Shown piece by piece: positions 55,938-64,000 of a stretch of 64,000 nucleotides of DNA (position 1 is the first letter of the stretch; each line of letters starts with the position of its first letter). Under the pieces are notes generated by a model. That model was not told the DNA's origin. It ran no database searches and was given only the letters and a program-made list of their open reading frames with translations. The position numbers were made by a program, and so were the translations under genes. Source of the stretch: Candidatus Marinacidobacterales bacterium (lineage in GTDB: Bacteria; Acidobacteriota; Vicinamibacteria; Marinacidobacterales; SMYC01); contig OZ250169.1 of the NCBI GenBank assembly GCA_965237955.1, forward strand, positions 4,704,001 through 4,768,000, given 5' to 3'.

Positions 55938-57355
55938 TCCCGGCGATCGGGGAGTGTGGGGTTCACCTTCTCGGCGTTGGTGGCACCGCCATGGCGTCGT
56001 TGGCCGGTCTTCTGATCGAGGCGGGGCATACCGTCACCGGCTCGGACGAGAACGTCTACCCCCCGATGTCCGACCTTCTCGCGGAGCTCGGAGTCGACGT
56101 GCGCTCTCCCTATCGAGCCGACAACGTACCCCACGATTGCGATCTCGTCATAATAGGGAACGCGATCTCCCGCGGCAACCCCGAGCTCGAGGCGGTTCTC
56201 GCGCGGCGCGTCGCGTATGCGTCGATGCCGGAGGTTCTCAAGGAGCTCTACCTCCGCACCCGCACCCCGGTCGTCGTGTCGGGTACCCACGGCAAGACCA
56301 CGACGAGCTCGATCGTCGCCTGGCTGCTGGAAAGCGCCGGGCACGATCCCGGGTTTCTCGTCGGTGGCATCCCCCTCAATTTCGGAGTCAGCTATCGGAG
56401 TGGCTCGGGAGAGGCGTTCGTCGTCGAAGGCGATGAGTACGACACCGCGTACTTCGACAAAGGTCCCAAGTTTCTTCACTATCTTCCCCAAGTCGCGATT
56501 ATCGGAAACGTCGAGTTCGACCACGCCGATATCTATCGCGACGTTTCCGACGTCGAGCGGGCGTTCCGCTTGTTCGCAAACCTAGTGCCCCAAAACGGTT
56601 TGTTGGTGGTGGGCTACGAGAGCGAGTTGGCGATGACCATCGCTTCCAACGCTCCGTGTCCAGTGACGACGTTTGCGTTGGCCGGAGACGCCGACTGGAG
56701 GTTGGAGGTCTTGTCGAGCGATGCGAGCGGGACTCGTTTCCGCGTACTCCACCACGGCGATACCGTCACCGAGACCGAGGGCCCGTTTGGGGGCGACGCG
56801 GCGCTCAGAAACGCACTTGCCGCCATCGCCGCCACCGAGCCCTTCGGTGTCACCGGTGACGAGCTCGCGAGTGCCCTGACATCGTTTCGCGGCGTGCGGC
56901 GGCGTTTCGAAGTGCGCGGCGAGGAGGGAGGCGTGGTCGTCGTAGACGACTTCGCGCACCATCCCACCGCGATTGGTGAGACGTTACGAAGCGCGCGTTG
57001 TTGGTTTCCGGGGCGGAGGATTTGGGGTGTTTTCGAGCCGAGATCGTTTACCGCGCGAAGCTCGGTGTTTCAGAAAGAGCTCGCGGTCGCGTTGGCGTTC
57101 GCCGATTCGGTAGTCGTTGCCGGAGTGCTGACAACGTCACGCCTTCCCGAGGAGAACGAGCTAGCCGAAGAGACGCTGGTTGCGGATTTGCGCGCGTCGG
57201 GGACACCGGCCTCGTTCATTGCCGCGCCCGACGACATCGTGCGTTTTCTCGAAGGTGACGTGCGACCAGGCGATGTGGTGATGGTGATGTCGAACGGAGG
57301 ATTCGGCGGGCTGCATGAGAAGCTTCTCGACGCCTTGAGTCGCTCGTCGGGCTAG
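55934..57355 (+). CDS. mpl: Murein peptide ligase (MurC-like recycling ligase)
   Basis: GVGGTAM, YPPMS, GTHGKTTT, EGDEYDTAYFDK.PKF.HY, DDFAHHPTAI, MSNGGFGG. Confidence 0.93.
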   Translation: MIPAIGECGVHLLGVGGTAMASLAGLLIEAGHTVTGSDENVYPPMSDLLAELGVDVRSPYRADNVPHDCDLVIIGNAISRGNPELEAVLARRVAYASMPEVLKELYLRTRTPVVVSGTHGKTTTSSIVAWLLESAGHDPGFLVGGIPLNFGVSYRSGSGEAFVVEGDEYDTAYFDKGPKFLHYLPQVAIIGNVEFDHADIYRDVSDVERAFRLFANLVPQNGLLVVGYESELAMTIASNAPCPVTTFALAGDADWRLEVLSSDASGTRFRVLHHGDTVTETEGPFGGDAALRNALAAIAATEPFGVTGDELASALTSFRGVRRRFEVRGEEGGVVVVDDFAHHPTAIGETLRSARCWFPGRRIWGVFEPRSFTARSSVFQKELAVALAFADSVVVAGVLTTSRLPEENELAEETLVADLRASGTPASFIAAPDDIVRFLEGDVRPGDVVMVMSNGGFGGLHEKLLDALSRSSG

Positions 57356-57375
57356 TCGCCCCTTGCCCTTGCCGC

Positions 57376-58602
57376 TCAGTCAGCGGTGTTGGCAGCAGTG
57401 GCTGCGATCGCTTTTTCGGAGACGCTTAGGGGAAGCTCGAAGCGGACGCGCGTGCCCACGCCCTCTTCGCTTTCGACGGCGATGGCACCGCCGTGTTCTT
57501 CGGCAATCTTGCGCGCGATCAGCATCCCGAGCCCGATTCCCTCCGACTTGCCATGCGAGAAAAACGGCTCGAAGATGCGGTGACGCACCTCCTCGGGAAT
57601 ACCGGTACCTTCGTCTTCGATCGAGATCATGACCGAATCATCCTTTCTGTGGACGCGGATTCGAAGCACGCCTCCGTCGGGCATGGCCTGGCACGCGTTG
57701 GTGGCGACGTTCCAAAGAGCCCGGTCCATCCTGTCTTTGTCGACGAAGATCTCCTCGGTGTCGTCGAGGTCGAGCTCGACGCGAACGCCACGTCCCCCGA
57801 AATGCGCGCGCACGCGACCCGCGAACCCTTCGATGAACGGACGTACGTGGATTGAAGCGGGCTCGAGCTCGAAGCTTCCGCCGCGCGTGAACTCGAGGAG
57901 CTCGCTCACCATATAGTTGAGCCGGTCGCACTCTTCGATCACATAGCGACCGTACGCCGCGCGTTCACCATCGTTGAGCTTCAGGTTGGTGAGCATGCCG
58001 GCGTAGCCGCGTAGCGCGGTCAGTGGACTTCTGAAATCGTGCACCACCGATCCGATCATTCTCCCTATCGCGGATAGGCGCTCGAAATGAATGCGTTCCT
58101 GGGTCAAATGGATGTTGCGGAGCGCGGTTGCCGCTTGAAGCGTCAAGATCGAAAGCAGCCGCTCGGCCTCAGTATCCACGTCGGCATCCGAATCCTTGGC
58201 GGGCGCCACGAACAGGCATCCGAGTCGCTCGTTCTGGTAGCTGAGTGGCAGACACCGATGTTTTCCGTCTTCGAGCTCAATGGGCCCGTTGAGCCCGTTG
58301 AGCTCGTCCGGCGAGGCCTGTAAACGGGCGAGGATGTCGTCGCGAACCGCCTGGGTGAGACCGGATACCGACGGCGCGGCGGGATACCACATCGGCCTGG
58401 AGTTGATGGCGACCCAGCCGACGTAGAGAACATCGACGGCCGCGGCCTTGGCTAGCCGCGAGGCGGCATCATGTGTCGTCGTGAGAATGGCGCGGATGTC
58501 GAAACTTCCGGCGAGCTCGACGCCCACGTCGCTGAGCGACTCCAAAAGCTCGTTGCGCTTCTCGAGCGCGCGGAGCTCGCTGGCTTTGCCGGGCTTGTGC
58601 AT
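57376..58602 (-). CDS. Cytoplasmic GAF-like sensor histidine kinase
   Basis: VHDFRSPL (H-box), NACQAM, DEGTGI, GIGLG; no TM. Confidence 0.92.
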   Translation of the reverse strand: MHKPGKASELRALEKRNELLESLSDVGVELAGSFDIRAILTTTHDAASRLAKAAAVDVLYVGWVAINSRPMWYPAAPSVSGLTQAVRDDILARLQASPDELNGLNGPIELEDGKHRCLPLSYQNERLGCLFVAPAKDSDADVDTEAERLLSILTLQAATALRNIHLTQERIHFERLSAIGRMIGSVVHDFRSPLTALRGYAGMLTNLKLNDGERAAYGRYVIEECDRLNYMVSELLEFTRGGSFELEPASIHVRPFIEGFAGRVRAHFGGRGVRVELDLDDTEEIFVDKDRMDRALWNVATNACQAMPDGGVLRIRVHRKDDSVMISIEDEGTGIPEEVRHRIFEPFFSHGKSEGIGLGMLIARKIAEEHGGAIAVESEEGVGTRVRFELPLSVSEKAIAATAANTAD

Positions 58603-58829
58603 GAGGCCGATATGAGGCTCGGGCGCGAGCGAGCCGCGTCCATGTTTCGCAATTCGTGTTTCTTCTATTTATGATCGATGGAGAAGTTCATTATACACGA
58701 TCGAGCTCTGCCCGATCCATGCAGGACACTAGCCGCGCGGCATGCCCGCGCCTTCCGCGCTTTAAAACATGCTATCCTGGTAACTGGTTGACTACACTAG
58801 CCTAGTTTTTACGGCAGGGGTATCTCGGG

Positions 58830-60215
58830 TTGCCCCAGCGCACTGAATTTCTGCTCGGCCAAATGTCCCATTGGGTCGGTGGACTCTCTCAGACCGGTCG
58901 GACGGAGTTCCTGTTCGAGCTCGAGATGTGGCTTCGAAGCTTCGAGCGCTATTTCTTAATCAAGAACCAACCGCTGTCCGAAGAGTCAACGCGTACCCTC
59001 GCCATCCGCAGCTTCTATGAGGAGATCGGACTCGTCGCCCATGCCATCGACCGGGTGACGAAGCTTTGTGCTCTGCTATCGAGCGAAGATCAGGTCTCTC
59101 AGGAGCGCTTCGAGAAGTACGTCGAGAACTTCCTCAAAACCGACGACATCGCAGACCCCTACGTGGCGCGTTTGCTCCGGCAAAGTAGCCCCCAGGCGGG
59201 GCTGACGCTCCTTCGAGAGAGCTTCGAGGACCTCATCCTCCTCCTGAAGGAGCTGTCGAAACTCTCGCGCATACCGTACGGCACGTTCCAGAGCATCGGA
59301 CGCCTCATCTATCGCGAAATCCGGCGGAACGACTACTTGAGCTTGCTCATGGACAAGAAGTTCAAGCCCGCGTACGACCGTATCTCCGCGGAGCCTATCG
59401 CCGAGGTGATTCAGCGCATCGACGACCGCGCGCGACGACGCCTCATCGCCAACATTTTTCTCCAGTTCTTCCGCCTGCTGCACTACCTCGAGTATGCGGA
59501 CCCCAGGCGACGTCACTTGGACGAGCTCCGTACGAGTGTCTTGATATTCTCGCTGATCGCGTCCGAGACCCGGGCGCTCGTCGACTATATTCAGCAGGAA
59601 CAAGAGCGTCTCGGAAGTGACTCCGCCTTTCCGGCCACTTTCGGAAGCTTCGTCTACTGCGTGCCGCTCGAGCTTCGCAAGGTGATCAACACCGAGCTCA
59701 CCGAGCTGACGTCGTTCAAGCAGGCCGACACCATCTACATGCGGATTGAGAACTCTCACGGCATCCTTCGAGACTGCTTCCAACAGAGCGTGATTCAGTT
59801 GGCGCAAGGCTTCGATCCCGAAATCGAAGGCAAGCGGATCTTCCCGCAGTACCAGACGCATCTGGAACAATCCCAGCTCTTGAAGCGCGATCTCCTTGCG
59901 CTCATCGGCGCTGTGCACAAGTTCGCGGTCGAGCCGAGCGAGGACCGCGCCGGCTCGATGAAGCGGCTGATCTCACATTTTTATGATCGATCCCTGCGGT
60001 TTCTGATGTACCGGGATTGGTCGAGCTTCGAATCGTTTGCTGCGGAGCTTCTGAAGTGCGACAACATTCCCGGTCTCATCCAAATCGCGCACCGCTTCGA
60101 GACCTACCTCAAGACCCTTTTGCGCGAAGTGAGCAAGCGCGGTGTTCTGCATGCGAGCCGCGACGGCGAGACCGACGAAGCGGCTGGTGACGAATCCCGC
60201 GTGGGTTTGTCGTAG
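58830..60215 (+). CDS. Hypothetical all-helical cytoplasmic protein (461 aa)
   Basis: Long ORF with host-like codon usage; TGCTATCCT extended -10 at ~58770; no recognised domain. Confidence 0.75.
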   Translation: MPQRTEFLLGQMSHWVGGLSQTGRTEFLFELEMWLRSFERYFLIKNQPLSEESTRTLAIRSFYEEIGLVAHAIDRVTKLCALLSSEDQVSQERFEKYVENFLKTDDIADPYVARLLRQSSPQAGLTLLRESFEDLILLLKELSKLSRIPYGTFQSIGRLIYREIRRNDYLSLLMDKKFKPAYDRISAEPIAEVIQRIDDRARRRLIANIFLQFFRLLHYLEYADPRRRHLDELRTSVLIFSLIASETRALVDYIQQEQERLGSDSAFPATFGSFVYCVPLELRKVINTELTELTSFKQADTIYMRIENSHGILRDCFQQSVIQLAQGFDPEIEGKRIFPQYQTHLEQSQLLKRDLLALIGAVHKFAVEPSEDRAGSMKRLISHFYDRSLRFLMYRDWSSFESFAAELLKCDNIPGLIQIAHRFETYLKTLLREVSKRGVLHASRDGETDEAAGDESRVGLS

Positions 60216-60252
60216 TAGTTCCCCTGCACCTGCCGTTGCCGATGGGAACGCT

Positions 60253-61359
60253 CTAGTTGCCCGGCTTGGCAGGAGGGGTCGACTTTTTCTCGATCGTGTC
60301 TTGCTCCGAGATGCTCGTCTTCAGCGCGTCGACGATCTCAGGGTCGAATTGCGTTCCTGCGTGCGCTTCCAGCTCGCGAATCGCCATGTCGTACGGCAGC
60401 GGAGATTTATACGAGTTCTTGGCGGTGATGACGTCGAAGGCTTCACACGCTCCGATAATCCGGGCGCCCTTGGGAATGGCCGCGCCCTCCAGTTTTTAGG
60501 GGTATCCGCGCCCGTCCCAACGTTCGTGGTGGTGCAGCACGATTCCGGCCAGGTCTTTCCAAAAGATGATGTCTTTGATCATCTCGTAGCCCAAGAGCGG
60601 GTGGAGCTCGATACGCTCCCGCGTCCACTCCTCGGTGGCGTCGAGCTTCAAGAGCCCGATGTCGTGCAGCAGACCCGCGAAGTAGAGGTTTCTCTGCTCG
60701 TCATCCGACAGGCCGAGCCCCTGCGCCACCAGCCGCGCGTAGCGGGCCACTCGGCGCGCGTGTCCCGACTTGATGGGAACGTGGGTGTCCATCGCGCCGA
60801 TTAGGATCTCGCTCACGTGAGTGAAGTAGTTGTTTTGCGCGTCGGTCAGCCGAACGTGGTCGATGGAGATGGCGGCCTGGTCGGCGAGAGAGAAAAGCAG
60901 TGATTGATCCTCTGCGTCGAACTCGCCGTTTTTCTTTTTGTTCAGCAGCTCGATCACCCCGATGACTTTGTCTTCGAACGTCAGGGGAACACAGAGAATG
61001 GATCGGGTTTGGAAGCCGGTCTCCCGGTCGAAACGACGTTCGAAACGAGGGTCGGACTCGACGTCGTTGACGATCGCAGGCTCGCCGGTATCGGCGGTCC
61101 ACCCCGCGATGTCCTGTCCAGGCTCGACTGCCATCGGTTTGACCGTGCTGGCCGCGCGTCCGGACGCCGTGTGGAAACGGAGCTTCCCCTCGTCGTCGTA
61201 GAGCAGAATCGAGCCCGCCTCGGCGCCCACCGTTTCCGCGGCGGTTTCGACGATCGTCGATAGCAACACATCGAGATGGATGATGCTTCGATAGGCCTTG
61301 GTGACTTCCAGGACCGCTTTCAGCTTGTCGATATATTCAGATGGATCGCTCAGCTTCAT
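60253..61359 (-). pseudogene. GAF + HD-GYP protein with in-frame TAA at 60496-60498
   Basis: GAF (TRSILCVPL), HDIG, HHERWDGRGYP* then in frame KLEGAAIP.GARII..AFD..GTQFDPEIVDA to TAG 60253. Confidence 0.85.
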
Positions 61360-61486
61360 CTTTCGCAGAACCACTGAGACGGAATGAGGAAACGACGCTG
61401 TCGCAATAAGTTGGGGGTAAGGCTACCACGGCTTCGGGCGAGACGTCAAACTCGTAGGTAAATTATGCGGCAGTTCACACCAAATG

Positions 61487-61516
61487 TTGACAGGGTTTGG
61501 GGGGGCGTGCTATCTT
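61487..61516 (+). promoter_or_regulatory. Sigma70 promoter with G7 run in spacer
   Basis: TTGACA-18 bp-TATCTT, extended -10 TG. Confidence 0.6.
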
Positions 61517-61564
61517 CCTCTAGTACAAGGACGTAGCCCATCTAACCAGAAAAAACCGCAGAGA

Positions 61565-62408
61565 ATGTCAGGCAAAGAAAGCCCGTTTGCCAAGTTCCTT
61601 ACCAAGTTCAAGAAGGGCGACTTCATCTTCCGACAAGGCCAGGAAGGCGATGAGATGTACATCGTCCAATCCGGACAGGTCGCGATCCGCAAAACGATCG
61701 GCAACAAGCGGACCACCGTCAACGTTCTCGAAAAAGGCGATTTTTTCGGCGAGATGTCCGTTCTCGAGCGTTTGCCGCGCACGGCCGACGCCGAGGTCGA
61801 GGAGGATGCCGGCGTCATTACCATCAACAGCGCGACCTTCGGGGAGATGATCCGCTCCAACCCCGAAATCGCGGTGCGCATGCTCCGCAAGTACTCGATG
61901 CGCATGCGCGAGTACTCGGAGCAGCTCGAAAAGCTGATGACCGAGCAAAACGTCGTCGAGAAGGGGGATCTCCCCGATGTCGACGAGCCCTCTAAGGGTC
62001 CGGAAGGTACCGTGCCTTCGACGGCGACCGCTCGCGCTTATTTCGTCGCCAAAGAGAGTGGCAAGATCTACCCGGTCTACAAAGACGAAGTTCTCATCGG
62101 CAGGTCCCGAGCAGAGTGGCAAGATCTACCCGGTCTACAAAGACGAAGTTCTCATCGGCAGGTACGATTCGGTCACGGGACACCCCGAGGTCGACTTGAC
62201 CGACGAGGACGACAACCGCAACGTCAGCCGGCGCCACGCCCGTCTGTTGTACAAGGACGAAACGCACTACATCGCCGAAGAGATTGGAACGATGAACGGC
62301 ACTTACATCAACGGCAACCGCATCCCTACCGGTGTCCTGACGCCGGTCAAAGACGGTGATGAAATTACTCTCTGCCGCGTACCGGTTATCTTCAAGATTG
62401 CAGAGTGA
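61565..62408 (+). pseudogene. cNMP-binding + FHA protein split by a 58-bp duplication/insertion
   Basis: GDFFGEMS..PRTA cNMP domain; FHA IGR.D..VSRRHA..TMNGT in shifted frame; 62055-62105 duplicated at 62113-62163. Confidence 0.87.
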
Positions 62409-62422
62409 GCGCTGAATTGTCC

Positions 62423-64000
62423 TCAGTTTCGCGGGGGTCTTTCGCCTTGTGTGGGATCGCGCCTGGGGATAGGTGGCTCGTACAACAAGTTGCCGCCAGC
62501 GCCGACGCCGTCGATTACGTACGGTAGCAGATCGTCCAGTGTCACGTCGGTGTTGCGGATGATCCGCGGGGTCAGCGTCAGGACGATGTCGGACTCCTCG
62601 ACCTCTTTCTTGTTGGCCGAGAACATGCGACCCAGGAGCGGGACGCTCGCAAGCCCCGGCGTTCCCGCGAGGCTGATTCGCTCGACGTCGTTGATGAGCC
62701 CTGCCAGCAAGCTCGTTTCTCCGTCGCCGAGGCGCAACACCGTATTCACGGATCGATTTCCGAACGTGGGAAGACCTCCGAAGCCGGTTCCTGAAATCGT
62801 GCTGAGACGCACTTCGAGGGCGATGCTCACCTGATTGTCGTGATGCACTCGCGGCGTCACGAGAATGTTGACCCCGATGTTCTCGTACTGGAACGTCGTC
62901 ACCGGTTGCTGGGGAAGGCCGCCGGTCGCGATCGGGGTGAACGTCGTAATCGGAACCGGCACGCGCTCGCCGAACTCGGCCTGCGCGGTCTCTCCGTCGA
63001 CCGCCCGCAGCTTGGGACTCGCGAGAACGCGGGTGTCGCTGTCGGCGCGCAGCAGGCTCAAAACGGCTCCCGGGAGCCCGACAACCGTGAGGTTACTGGC
63101 ACTGTAAGGGGACTGGTCGGCCGTCGTGTCCAGGGCGAAAATGCCGGCACGGATGCCGCCTTCTTCGGCGGCCGAGCGGAGTTGAATTCCGTACTCCTCC
63201 ATGCGCCTGCGGTCTACTTCGAGCACTTCGACTTCGACGATGACTTCAGCGCGACCTTTGTCGACCGAGCCGATGATCCGCTCCGCCGCTTTCACGCGCT
63301 CGGGGGTGTCGACGATGGTCAAAGAATTGTTGGCGGTGTGGGGAGCGATTCGTCGGGCACCGAGAACGATTCGCAGCAGATCGATCGTCTCTTTCAAGTC
63401 CGCGGTCGACAGGTAGAACGTGCGCGTGACTTGCTGCTCGTATTCGCGGCGCTTGGCCTGTGTGTCGGGAACGATGGTTAACATGTTGCCACCTTCGACC
63501 CGATAGAAGTTTTGCGTCGTCGTGCACAGCGAGCGAAACGCTTCTTCGAACGTGGCGTCTTCCAAATCGATCGAGATGTCTTCGTCCCGGAAGTCGCTGT
63601 CGAAGACCACGTTCACGCCAGCCAACGTTCCCAGGGAAAGCAACACGTCACGCAGTCTCGCGTCCTGGAAAACGAACCCGGCCGGCGCGGCAGCGCCGGG
63701 CGCGATCTGAAGCCTCCCGAAGGGTGCGTCGCTGACTTGTTTCTTGAGAGCGTCGAGAGAGCGTCGTTCCGCCGCTTCACCTCGTTCGGCGATCGTCACC
63801 TCGAGCTCCCGCAATTGCTTCGCGATTTGCTCGTCGGTGGGGTTCAACGTCAGGGCGACCGCGTACTCCTCCTCGGCACCCGTGAGATCCCCGACCTGCA
63901 TGCGTCGCGCCGCCTTCAGTGCGTGAGCCGCCGATGCGCGCAGCTTGGCGCGGCCGAGGTCTTGCTGGATATGGCGATCGTCTGGTTTCTCGGTAAGTGC
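62423..64000 (-). CDS. TPR-containing secretin (GspD/PilQ family), 5' end beyond window
   Basis: TPR, STN/N domains, GERVP, YENIGVNI.VTP, LGDGET.LLAGL, PGLASVPLLGRMFS, LTPRII; frame open to 64000. Confidence 0.93.
   Translation of the reverse strand, partial: ALTEKPDDRHIQQDLGRAKLRASAAHALKAARRMQVGDLTGAEEEYAVALTLNPTDEQIAKQLRELEVTIAERGEAAERRSLDALKKQVSDAPFGRLQIAPGAAAPAGFVFQDARLRDVLLSLGTLAGVNVVFDSDFRDEDISIDLEDATFEEAFRSLCTTTQNFYRVEGGNMLTIVPDTQAKRREYEQQVTRTFYLSTADLKETIDLLRIVLGARRIAPHTANNSLTIVDTPERVKAAERIIGSVDKGRAEVIVEVEVLEVDRRRMEEYGIQLRSAAEEGGIRAGIFALDTTADQSPYSASNLTVVGLPGAVLSLLRADSDTRVLASPKLRAVDGETAQAEFGERVPVPITTFTPIATGGLPQQPVTTFQYENIGVNILVTPRVHHDNQVSIALEVRLSTISGTGFGGLPTFGNRSVNTVLRLGDGETSLLAGLINDVERISLAGTPGLASVPLLGRMFSANKKEVEESDIVLTLTPRIIRNTDVTLDDLLPYVIDGVGAGGNLLYEPPIPRRDPTQGERPPRN

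Noticed and set aside
53861-60498. TAA reassignment or alternative genetic code to explain two in-frame TAAs
   Set aside because: infB, truB, rpsO, pnp and rplS all terminate correctly at TAA
1-64000. tRNA, rRNA, prophage, retron/DGR or recognised anti-phage defence genes
   Set aside because: No cloverleaf or rRNA signature, integrase, reverse transcriptase or defence motif was recognised by eye; tRNAscan/Infernal/DefenseFinder were not run

Overview
High-GC (~63% by eye) bacterial chromosomal segment. Gene content suggests Acidobacteriota, probably Vicinamibacteria-like, but that is an inference. Housekeeping blocks: infB-DUF503-rbfA-truB-rpsO-pnp; an orphan groES; purC; nrdR-DUF4390-ntrY/ntrX; rqcH-cinA-thpR; ftsY-ribD-ribE-ribBA; ffh-rpsP-khpA-rimM-trmD-rplS; yqeY-ldcA-mpl. 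Interleaved with these is a dense Myxococcus-like signalling set: FHA-GAF-adenylyl cyclase; Cache-HAMP-HD-GYP with an RxxQ motif (PmxA-like, possibly cGAMP-selective); Tgl/PilW-like and SgmX-like TPR proteins; two cNMP-binding proteins; a TPR-secretin; and a 10-kb J-domain/PP2C/Ser-Thr kinase/PEGA/PDZ/FHA locus. That locus includes a membrane receptor with an FHA domain, an array of ~11 Thr motifs and no catalytic output. Also present are an ECF sigma/ZAS anti-sigma/DUF4097 operon with a recognisable ECF promoter and one IS200-type element with a mutated HUH motif. Many intergenic regions hold long hairpins whose arms are 7- or 8-bp microsatellites, and 9/12/15/21-bp in-frame duplications are scattered through coding genes. 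Seven apparent ORF lesions (one uncertain) all lie after 45 kb and only in signalling-locus genes; they may be assembly errors or real decay. No rRNA, tRNA or CRISPR array was seen. All calls are by eye from motifs and gene order; no database search was run.
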